Below, piece after piece: positions 1 to 12,430 of a stretch of DNA of 64,000 nt. Made by a program: the position numbers and the translations under genes. Each line of letters starts with the position of its first letter. The first letter of the stretch is position 1. The notes below the pieces were generated by a model, which made no database searches, was not told where the DNA came from, and was given only the letters and a program-made list of their open reading frames with translations. The DNA comes from Octopus sinensis (lineage: Eukaryota): positions 11,842,001 through 11,906,000 of the forward strand of contig NC_043003.1 in the NCBI RefSeq assembly GCF_006345805.1, given 5' to 3'.

Positions 1-52
1 GGTCCGAGAATCGAAACCGCGATCTTACGATCGTGAATATAACACCCTAACT
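1..52 (-). mobile_element. tRNA-like SINE head fragment (family D/H), cut by window edge
   Basis: Reverse complement AGTTAGGGTG...CGTAAGATCGCGGTTTCGATTCTCGGACC matches the heads at 10765-11002 and 44344. Confidence 0.6.
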
Positions 53-279
53 TTCATTTCAGAAAAAAAGTTCTTTCTTTCAACTGACAAAGGAAAACAA
101 TAAGTTCCTTTCCTCTCCAACGCATACGAGCTTACCCATACACTTAATCTTTATTCTATAATTTTTTCTGGTGCTGACTTCTACTAGTGGTCTCGGTTTT
201 TCTTTGTCCACATAACGATGCACCAGCCGTGCAGATTCAATATGCCGTAGCCCTGCCCTTCGAGATTTAGGGTTTCATG

Positions 280-350
280 TCAATGTAAGAGATCATTATC
301 AATAGCATATTCTGGAAAGAACGCAAGGTCGTATTTGACTTCTGGTGGCT
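280..350 (-). CDS. Candidate terminal coding exon, (E)PPEVKYDLAFFPEYAIDNDLLH*; unidentified
   Basis: Minus strand: TTTTCTACAG acceptor at 360-351, open phase-1 frame to TGA at 282-280, AATAAA near 150; non-repetitive DNA; no homology recognised. Confidence 0.25.
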
Positions 351-762
351 CTGTAGAAAATCCATAAAGTTTTCTCAGCGCATTACAGAAGTGCTTTCAC
401 ATAACATATACAGAGAAACAGTTTTCTTATTTGCTAGAGGTAATGTTTGTTGCTCGTGCCTTGGGACGGAACACTAAATGTTTGTTCGATTAGCTTGGGT
501 ACTATCGTAAGCATTCGAGAAAGAGTACAATGTTGTCTAGAAACTAAAAGAAAAATGTGGTTTTGTATTAGAATTCACGTGCGGCATGTCACAAGGTCGA
601 TATTTAAGTGAACTTTTTTCAACAGAATTAATCTAAGTAATTAATCTAAAATTAATGCAAAGGGGTCTTGATTAAGTCCGTTTCTGACTACAACAATTAA
701 AAGATAAGTCAATCACAGCTGGTAATTGATTGGTCCTGCACATATTCAATGAAGCATAGTCA

Positions 763-994
763 TTACTCTTTACTCTTTTACTTGTTTCAGTCATTTGACA
801 GTGGCCATGCTGGAGCACCGCCTTATGTCGAGCAAATCGACCCCGGGACTTATTCTTTGTAAGTCCAGTACTTATTCTATCGGTCTCTTTTGCCGAACCG
901 CTAAGTGACGGGGACGTAAACACACCAGCATCGGTTGTCAGCAATGCTAGGGGACAAACACAGACACACAAACAAACACACACACACACACACC

Positions 995-1057
<63 letters not shown>

Positions 1058-1210
1058 GACAGGCTTCTTTCAGTTTCCGTCTACCAAAACACTCACAAGG
1101 CATGGTCGGCCCGGGGCTATAGCAGAAGACACTTGCCCAAGATGCCACGCAGTGGGACTGAACCCGGAACCATGTGATTGGTTAGCAAGCTACTTACCAC
1201 ACAGCCACTC
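763..1210 (-). mobile_element. SINE-A, near full length, internal (CA)n(TA)n
   Basis: tRNA-like head GAGTGGCTGTGTGGTAAG...GGTTCAGTCCC, body shared with about 20 copies in the window, (TAAAAGAG)n tail. Confidence 0.9.
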
Positions 1211-1482
1211 TGATATTTTATTTACCAATCTCGAAAGGGTTCCAGCTGGAGAATTGCACTCGAAGTGCAGATTGTCAGAAAAATATGGCAATGCATTCTG
1301 TTCGACACTAAAGTGACTCTGCCGACTCTCTGCCTATAATTATTGAGTACAAATAGAAGAAAGGGGGATAAATCGGATTGCCATGAACAAAAGGGGAATA
1401 AATCTGACTCTTCAATTACTACTATTAGTCGGTGATTCGCTTTTAAATATCTGTGGCTACTTCTACCTATTTCTTTTACTAC

Positions 1483-1743
1483 CCTCAGAACGTAACGGCA
1501 GACGAAATACCTATTTCTTTACTACCCACAAGGGGCTAAACACAGAGAGGACAAACAAGGACAGACAAACGGATAAAGTCGATTTGTCGACCCCAGTGCG
1601 TAACTGGTACTTAATTTATCGACCCCGAAAGGGTGAAAGGCAAAGTCGACCTCGGCGGAATTTGAACTCAGAACGTAGCAGCAGACGAAATATCGCTAAG
1701 CATTTCGCCCGGCGTGCTAACGTTTCTGCCAGCTCGTCGCCTT
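1483..1743 (-). mobile_element. SINE-B with partial second unit
   Basis: Head GGCGACGAGCTGGCAGAAACG, B-box GAGTTCAAATTCC, core CCTTTCACCCTTTCGGGGTCGATAAATTAAGTACCAG. Confidence 0.88.
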
Positions 1744-1750
1744 CTGTGGC

Positions 1751-1850
1751 NNNNNNNNNNNNNNNNNNNNNNNNNNNNNNNNNNNNNNNNNNNNNNNNNN
1801 NNNNNNNNNNNNNNNNNNNNNNNNNNNNNNNNNNNNNNNNNNNNNNNNNN
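1751..1850. other. Assembly gap (100 N)
   Basis: Run of N. Confidence 1.
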
Positions 1851-1950
1851 ACAAATACATATGCATACATACACACATACATACACATATACATACATAG
1901 GTGTATATATATATATATGTATATATATATGTATAGATATGTATACATAT

Positions 1951-2037
<87 letters not shown>

Positions 2038-2419
2038 ATCTATTTATATGTATGGGTGTATCTGGGTATGTATGTATGTATAATCTTTGCCAGAAGGTGC
2101 CCTGACACAGAAGGTGATGAGGTGTTAAAGTATTTCATTTCACACTTTGCTTCACAATCTATTATGTTCTCATTAGTTCACTGGACTGTTCTTGTTATTG
2201 TTTGTGGCTATTTTTTTCTTCCCATCCTCTGAGCGATTTTATCTTTAAATTTTCAATAAACAAAGATTTTGGTAGACGGAAACTGTTTGGAAGCCTGTCA
2301 TATATGCGCGTGTGTTTGTCTTCCCCTACCTCTTGGCAACCGGTGCTGATTTGTTTACATCCCCATAGCTATCGCGGTTCGACAAAAGAAATCAATAAAA
2401 TAATTACTAGATCCAAATA

Positions 2420-2983
2420 TTGGGTTGTCCGGAAAGTTCGTGCCGATTTATAGTAGCTTACCTTTCCACTAATTTTAGAACATGGTTGTGTCCATAAAAT
2501 AGGTGACTACACCTCCATTTAGAGCACAGTTTAAGCTATCTTTGCGTGGAAGAAGGTTTATGTTCCTATAACCTGTGTTAATTCTGTAACCCTTTAAAAT
2601 GGAAGATAAGAAAGTTCATTTTTGGCATTTGATGCATTGGGAGCCAGAGAAAAATTGCTGCAGCTCAGCTGGGATGTGTTACTCTACCCTCCATATTCAC
2701 CAGATATTGCTCCTTCGGATTTCCACTTATTCAGGTCTCTGCAGAATAGTCTTAATGATAAAAATTTCAATTCCTTGGATGACGTAAAAAGATACCTTGA
2801 TGAATTCTTTGCCATGAAACTACCACAATTCTGGGAAGAGGGTATTTTCAAGGTAAAGGAAAGATGGAGACGTATTGTGCAACAAAATGGTTCATATTTG
2901 GTTGATTAAAAATGTAATGGCAATTATTTATTGACCTTTTTTCTTTCCTTTAAAAATCGACACGAACTTTCCGGACAACCTAA
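2420..2983 (+). mobile_element. Internally deleted mariner (Tc1/mariner DD34D type)
   Basis: About 30-bp TIRs TTGGGTTGTCCGGAAAGTTCGTGCCGATTT / AAATCGACACGAACTTTCCGGACAACCTAA, TA on both sides; N-terminal MEDKKVHFWHLM fused out of frame to C-terminal WDVLLYPPYSPDIAPSDFHLFRSLQN...ERWRRIVQQNGSY. Confidence 0.95.
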
Positions 2984-3361
2984 TAGAATTACTATGAGCA
3001 ATTTTTTTTCGTCGAAAAACGTTCATGGCGGCAGTCTATTAACTGAAATAAGTAAAATAAAAAAAAAGCAAAAATAACAATAATATGATTTGAAATATAT
3101 TTCTTAAACTTAGATAAAATGAAATCTAAAAACAAAAGTTGCTATGCACAGACATGATTATGGGGAGGTACAAACATGTCTGCCAATGACTTGTAGAGAC
3201 GCGGTATTTCGTTATGTTTTAAACTCTTTTATAAGTCAATACCCTGTTCTCTTGTGTTAGCAGTGCGATTTACATAATTTGTTATGGTTATCTCTGTAAA
3301 TATTCTCTGCAGATATAATTTCTATAAGATATCCTGTAGAGATAATCTCAACAAGTGAAAC

Positions 3362-3720
3362 ATGTCTATGTGGCTATGAAGATCGCTTTGCAACACTTGG
3401 GCTAGTTTCCACTGTGCGGTACTTCGAGTAAGCGTCTTCTACTATTGCATCGGGCCGACCAATACCTTTTGTGTGTGTGTGCGTTTGTGTGTGTGTTGTG
3501 TGTGTGTGTGTGTGTGTGTGTTTGCATTTGTATTTGTCCCCTACCTCATCACGTGATAAGTGGTGTTGGTTTCTGCACGCCCCCGTGAGCTTGCAGTTCG
3601 GCAAAAGTGACGTAAAATCCAACATACATACTGGTGTCGATTTGTTTGACTAAAATCCTTCAAGATATTGCCCCAACATGACCGTAGCCCACCGATTGAA
3701 ACAAGTAAAAGATTAAAGAC
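3362..3720 (+). mobile_element. SINE-A, degraded
   Basis: Diverged match to SINE-A body, (TG)n tract and GAAACAAGTAAAAGA tail. Confidence 0.7.
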
Positions 3721-3845
3721 GTAAGATAGCTTTAATAACATTTTGCTGTTAATATTAAGAACATAATTGTTTTTTGTGAAGGATACATTGCTCACAAGTT
3801 AATGAGAAAATTGCTAGAAGCGATTTTGTAAGAATTTTAAGAGCA

Positions 3846-4250
3846 GGTGTAGGAGTGGCTGTGTGGTAAGTAGCTTGCTTACGAACCACATGGTTCCGGG
3901 TTCAGTCCCAATGCGTGGCACATTGGGCAAGTGTCTTCTACTATAGCCTCGGACCGACCAAAGCATTGTGAGTGGATTTGGTAGGCAGAAACTGAAAGAA
4001 GCCCATCGTATATATATGTATGTGTGTGTGTTTGTGTTTCTGTGTTTGTTCTCCCAACATCGCTTGGCAACCGATGCTGGTGTGTTTACGTTCCCGTAAC
4101 TTAGCGGTTCAGCAAAAGAGACCAATAGAATATGTACTAGGCTTACGAAGAATCAGTCCTGGGGGTCGATTTGCTCGACTAAAGGCGGTGCTCCAGCATG
4201 GCCACAGTCAAATGACTGAAAGAAGTAAAAGAGTAGAGAGAGAGTAAGAG
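3846..4250 (+). mobile_element. SINE-A, full length
   Basis: Head, internal (TA)(TG) tract, 3' body and tail all present. Confidence 0.9.
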
Positions 4251-4570
4251 AGCGCCAAAATTTTCGCAAGTTCACTTTTACACTTTCAAAAGTTCGCCAT
4301 CTGAACGTTTATTCATGATTGGGTCATTCTCGCGTGATATACGCGACAGTCAGAGATGAAATTTACGAAATATCTAAGCTGTAAATCCTGAGAATTTGCA
4401 AGAATTGTATTGATTCATTTTCCCTTGTAAAGATTGACTACCCAGGTAAGTATGAAAGAAAAAAATTTCCTACCCGGAATATACGTTGAATTTTTTGAAG
4501 AGAATCCATAATTTGTGACGCATGTGACATCTCATAAAATAATTTTTCCCCCAGAAAATATTGGTTTCAA

Positions 4571-4940
4571 ATTTAGGCACAAGAGGCAGTAAATTCGGAG
4601 GAGGCGGATAGTCGGCTACATCGATCCCAATACTTAACTGGTACTTAATTTAATGACCCTGAAAAGATGAAAGGCAAAGTCGATCTCGGTGGCATTTGAG
4701 CTCAGAATCCAGCGACGGGCGAAATACAACAAAGTGAAAATAATAATCCTTTCTACTGGAGGCCCAAGGCCTAAAATTTTGGGGGAGGTTACTAGTCGAT
4801 TAAATCTACCCCAGTATTTCACTGGTACTTAATTCATCGACCCCGAAAGAATGAAATGCAAAGTCGATCTCGGCGGATATATTTTAAACTCAGAACATAA
4901 AGTCGGACGAAATACTGCGAAGCATTTTGACCGGCATGCT
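4571..4940 (-). mobile_element. Two diverged SINE-C copies (SINE-B head/core, different tail)
   Basis: GAAAGGCAAAGTCGA..GAACTCAGAAC core twice; tail CCCCAAAATTT..GCCTTG..AGTAGAAAGGATTATT. Confidence 0.75.
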
Positions 4941-4945
4941 ACCTG

Positions 4946-5030
4946 TTCTACTATAGCCTTAGGCCGACCAAAGCCGTGGGAATAGATTTGGTGAACGGAA
5001 GCTGAAAGAAGCCTGTCGTGTGTGTGTGTG
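4946..5030 (+). mobile_element. SINE-A internal fragment
   Basis: CTACTATAGCCTTAGGCCGACCAAAGCC...GAAAGAAGCCTGTCG. Confidence 0.7.
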
Positions 5031-5315
5031 CGCATGCGTGCGCCAACCTGCTGCCTTTTTTCATCTGAAAATACCAATTGCTAATTCGTCTGAATTTCTC
5101 CAAAACAGGATAAAAGCCTCATGGCGTATATTTATTTACATTGATCTTGTAATTTGAAAACACGCTAATGAGTTTGCTCTGATAACAATGTCTGTGGTTA
5201 GAATTCTAATTTACTTAATGTGGAGCAGGGCACAAAAATTAATGTGACATAATGCGATTAATAGTTTCCTGTTAAAGGCAACGCTGCGCAGATCTGGAAG
5301 AAATTGTTCTAATGG

Positions 5316-5733
5316 AGGGCGGCGAGCTGGCAGAAACGTTAGCACGCCGGGCGAAATGCGTAGCCGTATTTCGTCTGCCGCTACGTTCTGAGTTCAAATT
5401 CCGCCGAGGTCGACTTTGCCTTTCATCCTTTCGGGGTCAATAAATTAAGTACCAGTTACGCACTGGGGTCGATGTAATCGACTTAATCCGTTTGTCTGAC
5501 CTTGTTTGTCCCCTGTGTTTAACCCCTTGTGGTTAGTAAAGAAATAGGTATTTCGTCTACCGCTACGTTCTGAGTTCAAATTCCGCCGAGGTCGACTTTG
5601 CCTTTCATCCTTTCGGGGTCGATTACATAAGTACCAGTTACACACTGGGGTCGATATAATCGACTTAATCCCTTTGTCTGCCCTTGTTTGTCCCCTCTTT
5701 GTGTAGACCCTTGTGGGTAGTAAAGAAATAAGA
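5316..5733 (+). mobile_element. SINE-B dimer
   Basis: One head followed by two units of about 185 bp joined at AAAGAAATAG|GTATTTCGTC. Confidence 0.9.
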
Positions 5734-5769
5734 AATTGTCCTAATGTCGACATTCTTCATCTTTTGTGT

Positions 5770-6165
5770 TTTACTTATTTCAGTCATTAGACTGCGGCCA
5801 TACTTGGGCACCGCCTTGAAGTATTTTAGTCGAACGAATCAACGCCAATACTTTTCTTTCTTTAAAGCCTGGTATTTATTCTGTCGTTCTCTTTTGGTAA
5901 AACAACGAAAGAACGTAAACAACCCAACACCGGTTATCAAGCGGTGAGTGTATGGGTATGTGTGAATGGGGGGGGGGTAAACACAAACAAAAATACACAC
6001 ACGCACATATATACGACAGGCTTCTTTCAGTTTTCGTCTACCAAGCCTATTTCCACGGCTTTGGTCGGCCTGAGGCTATAGTAGAAGGTATTCGCTCAAG
6101 GTGCCATGCAGTGGGACTGAACCAGTAACAACAGGGTTGCGTGCAAACTTCTTACCCCACAGCCT
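5770..6165 (-). mobile_element. SINE-A, diverged
   Basis: Body match with short internal CA/TA tract. Confidence 0.8.
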
Positions 6166-6184
6166 GATCAAAAACGAGTCATTT

Positions 6185-6655
6185 CATTATACTTTTATCT
6201 GTTTATAGTAATTTTTCTGGGCATTCTAAACAGTTTTTGAAAACCTGTTTTGGTCCATCTCTCATGAGAATAGCCCAATTACTCGTACGTTTTCACGTTC
6301 GCATTCTTCAAAATCACCTTTTAATGTGACGAATTCCTTTGCTTCCGAAGAAGTTTGGAATGGAAGGCCGTTGACTGTACTTCTTGATCTCTTAAATCCA
6401 ACCATTCAAACGCATCTAATTTCAAATCTACTTCATTAGCTTATTTTATAAATTGTATTGATTTTTCTCTAACTCTCTGAATTACGCAGGTATAGAAGAA
6501 AATACGATTCTTAGAGATGCATTTTTCAAAAAAAAAAAAAATAATAATAATAATAATTCTTGTTCTCAGGAAGCACTTCAAACATTTACTTTCTAAACCA
6601 CGTTGAAATATGCTGAGTTTTCTGTTACAACTCTTGACGAAGCAAAATATTGGTT
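6185..6655 (-). mobile_element. hAT-type transposase remnant (C-terminal region, frameshifted)
   Basis: Minus-strand peptides FVKSCNRKLSIFQRGLESKCLKCF, LKLDAFEWLDLRDQEVQ and FQTSSEAKEFVTLKGDFEECERE resemble, from memory, GTF2IRD2/EPM2AIP1-like hAT transposases; stops and frameshifts. Confidence 0.5.
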
Positions 6656-6658
6656 GGA

Positions 6659-6835
6659 GGTACATGGCCTAGTGGTTAGAGCAGCGGACTCGCGGTCGAG
6701 GGATTGCGCGTTCGAATTTCAGACCGGGTGATGTGTGTGTTTATGAGCGAAATACCTAAGCTCCACTAGGCTCTGGCAGAAGGTAATGGCGAACTTCTGC
6801 TGACTCTTTCACCACAACTTTCTCTCACACTTTCC
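6659..6835 (+). mobile_element. SINE-D 5' part (tRNA-Arg-like head)
   Basis: ATGGCCTAGTGGTTAGAGCAGCGGACTCGCGG...GTTCGAATTTC; matches 24198, 36391, 44344. Confidence 0.8.
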
Positions 6836-6864
6836 TCGTGCCCCTTGCAGCTGCAAGGGGCACG

Positions 6865-6945
6865 TATACTGGGCTTCGTATATTTGTACCCCAGTGTCAC
6901 TTTGATGGCTCACATTGCTCTCTCACTCTATAATAATAACAAAAT
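6865..6945 (+). mobile_element. 3' end of (TAA)n-tailed family E
   Basis: TATACTGGGCTTCGTATAT..ACCCCAGTGTCACTTTGATGGC..GCTCTCTCACTC + TAATAATAA; reverse complement of 13911-14040. Confidence 0.75.
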
Positions 6946-7082
6946 TTTTATATATATATTTATTTTTTAATTTTTTTATTTCATTTTATTTTTTTGATTA
7001 AACATTTAAAAAAATTTTAATTAAAAAAAAAATTTTTTTTAATTAAAAAAAAAATGAAAACTTAATAATAGTTTAACTTTAC

Positions 7083-7433
7083 TTGAAAAGAGAATTACTA
7101 ACAGTACACCGAATCGCTTGTCCAATGGTTATACAGGAAGCGCGCCCGTCAGGAGGCTGCCAGTCTGATGGCGAAAAAGTTTCAAATGGCAGAATGTCTT
7201 CCCCGAATACGAACCTGGAAGGTCACTTAAACGGGATTTGTCCCAAATTAAGCCCCCAAAGTTCACCACCACAACGACCAGAAAGCCAAAAAGGTAAAAG
7301 AACTAAATGCAACCGGGAAGAATATAAAGAAGTAATATATGCTTATTACTTTGCATTAAGTAGGCCAACCCAAGAGAAACTCACCGCAAACTCCTACAGA
7401 ATTTGGAGGAGCCGAAATCCAGCTAGCAATTAA
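7083..7433 (+). mobile_element. N-terminal fragment of R4/Dong-type (RLE) non-LTR retrotransposon ORF
   Basis: KRTKCNREEYKEVIYAYYFALSRP...YRIWRSRNP matches the R4/Dong N-terminal motif R.KW..EE...VM.CYY...Y.IWR.RNP. Confidence 0.65.
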
Positions 7434-7559
7434 TTTTTAAATACATATTTTGTTTGTGAATTTGCGCGTGTAATCTAGTAATGCATACAATGAGCTTCTA
7501 GGTGTATGGAAAACACTCGGCGAGAAATGGAAGAAAATTTTAAGAAAGAAGGGAAAAAA

Positions 7560-8213
7560 ACATAATAATAATAATAGTTTCAAATTTTGGTACAAGGCTA
7601 GCAATTTTAGAAGAGTAAGCTGATTACATCGACCCCAGTGTTCAACTGGTACCTAATTTATCAACTCTGAGAGGATGAATGGTAAAGTCGACATCGACGG
7701 AATCTGAGCTCTGGACATAAAGACGGACTAAATTTAGCTAAACATTTTGTCCGGCATGCTGACGGTTCTACAAGTTCACTGCTTTAGTAATAATCCTTTC
7801 TAATTTTGGCACAAGGCTGGCAATTTTAAGTGGAGAGGAAGTCGATTACATCGACGCCAGTTCTTGGCTGGTATTTCTTTTGTTGGCCTCAACAAAGTCA
7901 ACCTCAGCGGAATTTGAACTCAAGACGTAAAGAGCTGGAAGAAATTCCTCTGAACATTTTACTCCGATGCTCTAACGATTCTTATTTTTTTATTGCCCAC
8001 AAGGGGCTAAACATAGAGGGGACAAACAAGGACAGACAAACGGATTAAGTCGATTATAACGACCCCAGTGCGTAACTGGTACTTATTTAATCGACCCCGA
8101 AAGGATGAAAGGTAAAGTCGACGTCGGCGGAATTTGAACTCAGAACGTAGCGGCAGACGAAATACCACAAAAGCATTTAGCCCGGCGTGCTAACGATTCT
8201 GTCAGCTCACCAC
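7560..8213 (-). mobile_element. Cluster of two diverged SINE-C and one SINE-B
   Basis: Three consecutive core matches in the same orientation. Confidence 0.8.
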
Positions 8214-8874
8214 CATCTTATAAAAGAACAGGATATATCAATGATCAAGATGTTACAAACTTTCAATGAACGGAAGAAATAAAAAAAAAAAAAGATCACA
8301 AACTCTTAATCTATCGAAAAAGCAAATCGATAAACGTGATTGGACAAGTTATATTTTCTGCGTATCGTTAAAACATTAAAACGTAAGTGTTATGTTATGA
8401 GATACGCTTATCTCACAGCACGAAAAGATAACATGGCGTATTATCGACAAGAAGACTGGCAAAACTAGATATTTTACTTCCTAAATTCACATGTAGTGAC
8501 ATATTCGGACTTCGATTGACGTGTTCAGCCAAGCCTTTACCAGTTGGGACCTATTAAACGTCTATTGTTCTGGCTTCATTGAAAGATATTTAAAGTGAAA
8601 AGAGAACGGAAGTCAGCACAACAGCCTCTTTTTTTAAAACTTAATGAACCAAACACCTGTAACTTTTCTATGAATAAACAACGGAAAGTAGTAAAGGATT
8701 TAGGTACAAGAGAAATGTTAAGTTCTGTTCCGCTGTTTTTTTTTCTCTCTCATGCATATATTAATGGCGAACCTTTTAAAGGAGAGACGGGAGGATAACG
8801 TCAAAGCATTTCAAAGATGAAGGACAGCCATCGTCATGGACGTATGTGGTAGTGTGCAGATATTCTGTATATGT

Positions 8875-8917
8875 GAATATGTATGTATGTGTGTGTGTGT
8901 GAATGTATGTATGTACG

Positions 8918-8951
<34 letters not shown>

Positions 8952-9215
8952 TGTATGTATGTATGTATGTATGTATGTATGTTATGTATGTATGTATGTA
9001 TGTACGTATGTATGTGTGTATGCGTGAATGTATGTATGTATGTATGTATGTATGTATGTATGTATGTATGTATGTATGTATGTATGTATGTATGTATGTG
9101 TGTTTGTGTGAATGTATGTATGTATGTATGTATGTATGTGTGCTTGTGTGTATGTATGTATGTGCGTTTGTGTGAATGTATGTATGTATGTGTGTGTGTA
9201 TGTACGTATGTATAC
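8875..9215. repeat. (TATG)n microsatellite
   Basis: Direct reading. Confidence 0.97.
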
Positions 9216-9231
9216 ACGTAACAACACACGT

Positions 9232-9803
9232 GGAGGGAGGGAGAGAGAGAAGACAGAGAGGGGGGTGGAAAGTTGGAGAAAGTGAGAAAGAAAGAGAGAT
9301 AGTGGGAGAAAGGGAGAGAAAGAGAAAGTGGAAGTAAGAGAGAGAGAAAGTAAAGTGGGAGAAAGAAGGAGAAAGAGAGAGAGAGAAAGTTGGAGAAAGT
9401 GAGAAAGAAAGATAGTGAGAGAAAGAGAGAGAAAGAGAAAGTGGGAGTGAGAGAGAAAGTAAAGTGGGAGAAGGAGGGAGAGAGAGAGAGAGAGAGAGAG
9501 AGAAAGTGGGAGAAAGTGAGAAAGAAAGAGAGATAGTGGGAGAAAGGGAGAGAAAGTTGGAGAAAGTGACAAAGAGAGATAGTGAGAGAAAGAGAGAGAA
9601 AGAGAAAGTGGGAGTGAGAGAGAAAGTAAAGTGGGAGAAGGAGGGAGAGAGAGAGAAAGAGAGAGAGAAAGTGGGAGAAAGTGAGAAAGAAAGAGAGATA
9701 GTGGGAGAAAGAGAGAGAAAGTTGGAGAAAGTGACAAAGAGAGATAGTGAGAGAAAGAGAGAGAAAGTGGGAGAAAGAGAGAGAGAAACAGATAGATAAA
9801 CAG

Positions 9804-9836
<33 letters not shown>

Positions 9837-10001
9837 AAGAGAAAGAGAAAATTGGGAGTAAGAGAGAAAGAGAGAGAGAAAGTAAAGTGGGAGAAGGAGG
9901 GAGAAAGAGAGAGAGAGAAAGTGGGAGAAAGAAAGAGAAAGCGAGAGAAAGTGGGAGAAAGAGAGAGAGAAACAGATAGATAGACAGATAGATAGACAGA
10001 T

Positions 10002-10069
<68 letters not shown>

Positions 10070-10203
10070 AACGAAAGAGAGAGAAAGAGAAAGTGGAAGT
10101 GAGAGAGAAAGTGGGAGAAAGAAAGAAAGAGAAAGCGAGAGAAAGTGGGAGAAAGAGAGAGAGAAACAGATAGATAAACAGATAGATAGACAGACACATA
10201 GAC

Positions 10204-10272
<69 letters not shown>

Positions 10273-10300
10273 CACAGAGAGAGAGAGAGAGAGAGAGAGC
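9232..10300. repeat. 1.07-kb purine-rich (GA/GAAA/GATA) satellite with higher-order repeats
   Basis: Recurring blocks GAGAAAGTGGGAGAAAG..., GTTGGAGAAAGTGACAAAGAGAGATAGTGA; plus strand strongly purine-biased. Confidence 0.92.
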
Positions 10301-10374
10301 ATAGCAAATAAGATAGCAAAGCACAACAAGAGTGCAGAGGACGTCGACAGTCGATATTATTCGGTCGATGTGGA

Positions 10375-10762
10375 AAGCAGCGAGGTGGAAGAATCGTTAA
10401 CGCACCTGACAAAAGGCTTAGCGGCATTTCTTTCAGCTTCACGTTCTGAGTTCAAATTCTGTCGAGATTAACACTTCGCCTTCCATCCTTTCGGGGTCGA
10501 TAAATTAAGTACCAGTTACGCACTGGGGTCGATGTAATCGACTTAATCTGTTTGTCTGTCATTGTTTGTCCCCTCTGTGTTTAGCCCCTTGTGGGTAGTA
10601 AAGAAATAGGTATTTCGTCTGCCGCTACGTTCTGAGTTCTAATTCCGCCGAGGTCGACTTTGCCTTTCATCCTTTCGGGGTCGATTAAATACGTACCAGC
10701 TAGGGTCGATATAATCCACTAGCTTCCTTCGCTACAAAATTTCAGGCTTTGTGCCCTTTAGG
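10375..10762 (+). mobile_element. SINE-B/C multimer
   Basis: Diverged head, one B unit, then a unit ending in the C tail. Confidence 0.85.
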
Positions 10763-10764
10763 GG

Positions 10765-11002
10765 GTCAGTCCGTATGATTTCGTAACGGTGTCCCTTGTT
10801 TCTCTGGTTCATATATTCCACCCCGGATGGGACGCCAGTTCTTCTTTGCAAGATTATTCATTTTTACCAGCTGTGTAGACTGGGGCAATGGGAAATGAAA
10901 TGTTTTGCTCAAGAAAACAACACGTCACCCAGGCCAAAAATCGAAACCACAATCTTACGATTATGTGTCCAACACCCTAACCACTACACCATGCACCTCC
11001 GC
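10765..11002 (-). mobile_element. SINE-H, diverged
   Basis: Head GGAGGTGCATGGTGTAGTGGTTAGGGTG...GGTTTCGATT, body CTTGAGCAAAACA...CAGCTGGTAAAAATG as in 28538-28860. Confidence 0.7.
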
Positions 11003-11431
11003 AAGTGCCTATAATAGAAGGAACTATTAGGTCGATTCTGAGAGAAGGGGAACAAGTTGTGTAGTAAAAGTATAACGTTTCGGACTTAGTCCTTCGCCAA
11101 AGGAAAGTCCAGGAGTGAATGGAAAGAAAAGCAAGAAAGGAAATGGGAAGAGAACCAGGAAAAACGCACGTAAGGTTCATGTTTACCTCCTGACTAAACG
11201 GAAGTGTGAACTAAGTACATACAAACGCATACACACACGCACGCACGCACACACACACACACATATCATCAGTCGTTCATATATTCCGAAATAAATCATG
11301 CTCTAAAGCACTAGAGCAGTAATCTATTTTTGAGGAAGTTGAATGCTATGACCGGTCATCGAGTGGCCATTGGATTCGCACCTATAAAGCGCTTAGCAAT
11401 ATAGGCGACACTCCAGTGGTAGAAAGAATAT

Positions 11432-11656
11432 ATATGTGTGTATGTATGTATGTATGTATGTATGTATGTATGTATGTATGTATGTATGTACATATGTATG
11501 TATATGTGCGTATGTGTGTGTATGTATGTATGTATGTATGTATGTAAGTATGTATGTGTGTATGTATGTATGTATGTATGTATGTATGTATGTATGTATG
11601 TATGTATGTATGTACGTACGTACGTATGTATGTATGTATGTATGTATGTATGTATG

Positions 11657-11690
<34 letters not shown>

Positions 11691-11752
11691 TGTATGTACG
11701 TATGTATGTATGTACATATGTATGTATGTGTGCGTATGTGTGTGTACGTGTG
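11432..11752. repeat. (TATG)n microsatellite
   Basis: Direct reading. Confidence 0.97.
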
Positions 11753-11879
11753 TGAGTACTGCGTTCTCGATCAGAAGTTCGTGGTTTCGGTTCACGAACC
11801 GGGTTGTACGTTGTTTTGGAGCAAAATACTTCGTTTCCCGTCCACTCAGCTGTAAATGAGTAAGGTTTTTTTTTTATAT

Positions 11880-12271
11880 CATTACTCTTTTACTCTTTTA
11901 CTCTTTTACTTGTTTCAGTCATTTGACTGCGGCCATGCTGGAGCACCGCCTTTAGTCGAGCAAATCGACCCCAGGACTTATTCTTTGTAAGTCCAGTACT
12001 TATTCTATCGATCTCTTTTGCCGAACCGCTTCTTTTTTGTTATATTCTTTTATTCTTTTACTAGTTTCAGTCATTTTTACTGTGGCCATGCTGGAGCACC
12101 GCCTTTTAGTCGAAGAAATCGACCCCTGGACTTATTCTACCGGTATCTTTTGACGAACCACTAAGTTACAGGGACGTAAACACACCAACATGTCAAGTGA
12201 TTTCATGGGTGGGAGAAACACAGGAACACACAGACACGCGCACACACACACACACACGCACACAAACATAC

Positions 12272-12308
<37 letters not shown>

Positions 12309-12430
12309 CGATGGGCTTTCAGCTTCCGTCTGCCAAATCCATTCACAAGGCTTTGGTCGGTGCCATGCAGTGGAAATGAACCCCGAACCATGTGGTTGGG
12401 AAGCAAACTTCTTACCATACAGTCATGCCT
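11880..12430 (-). mobile_element. Two tandem SINE-A copies (3' fragment 11880-12029; near-full copy 12046-12430)
   Basis: Tail and 3' body present twice in the same orientation. Confidence 0.85.

Noticed and set aside
4441-4451. Perfect plus-strand donor CAG|GTAAGT
   Set aside because: No convincing open upstream exon; a single consensus site is expected by chance in 64 kb.
8776-10442. ORFs of about 500 codons on the minus strand
   Set aside because: They are translations of (GA)n, (GATA)n and (TATG)n; these simple repeats lack stops by composition.
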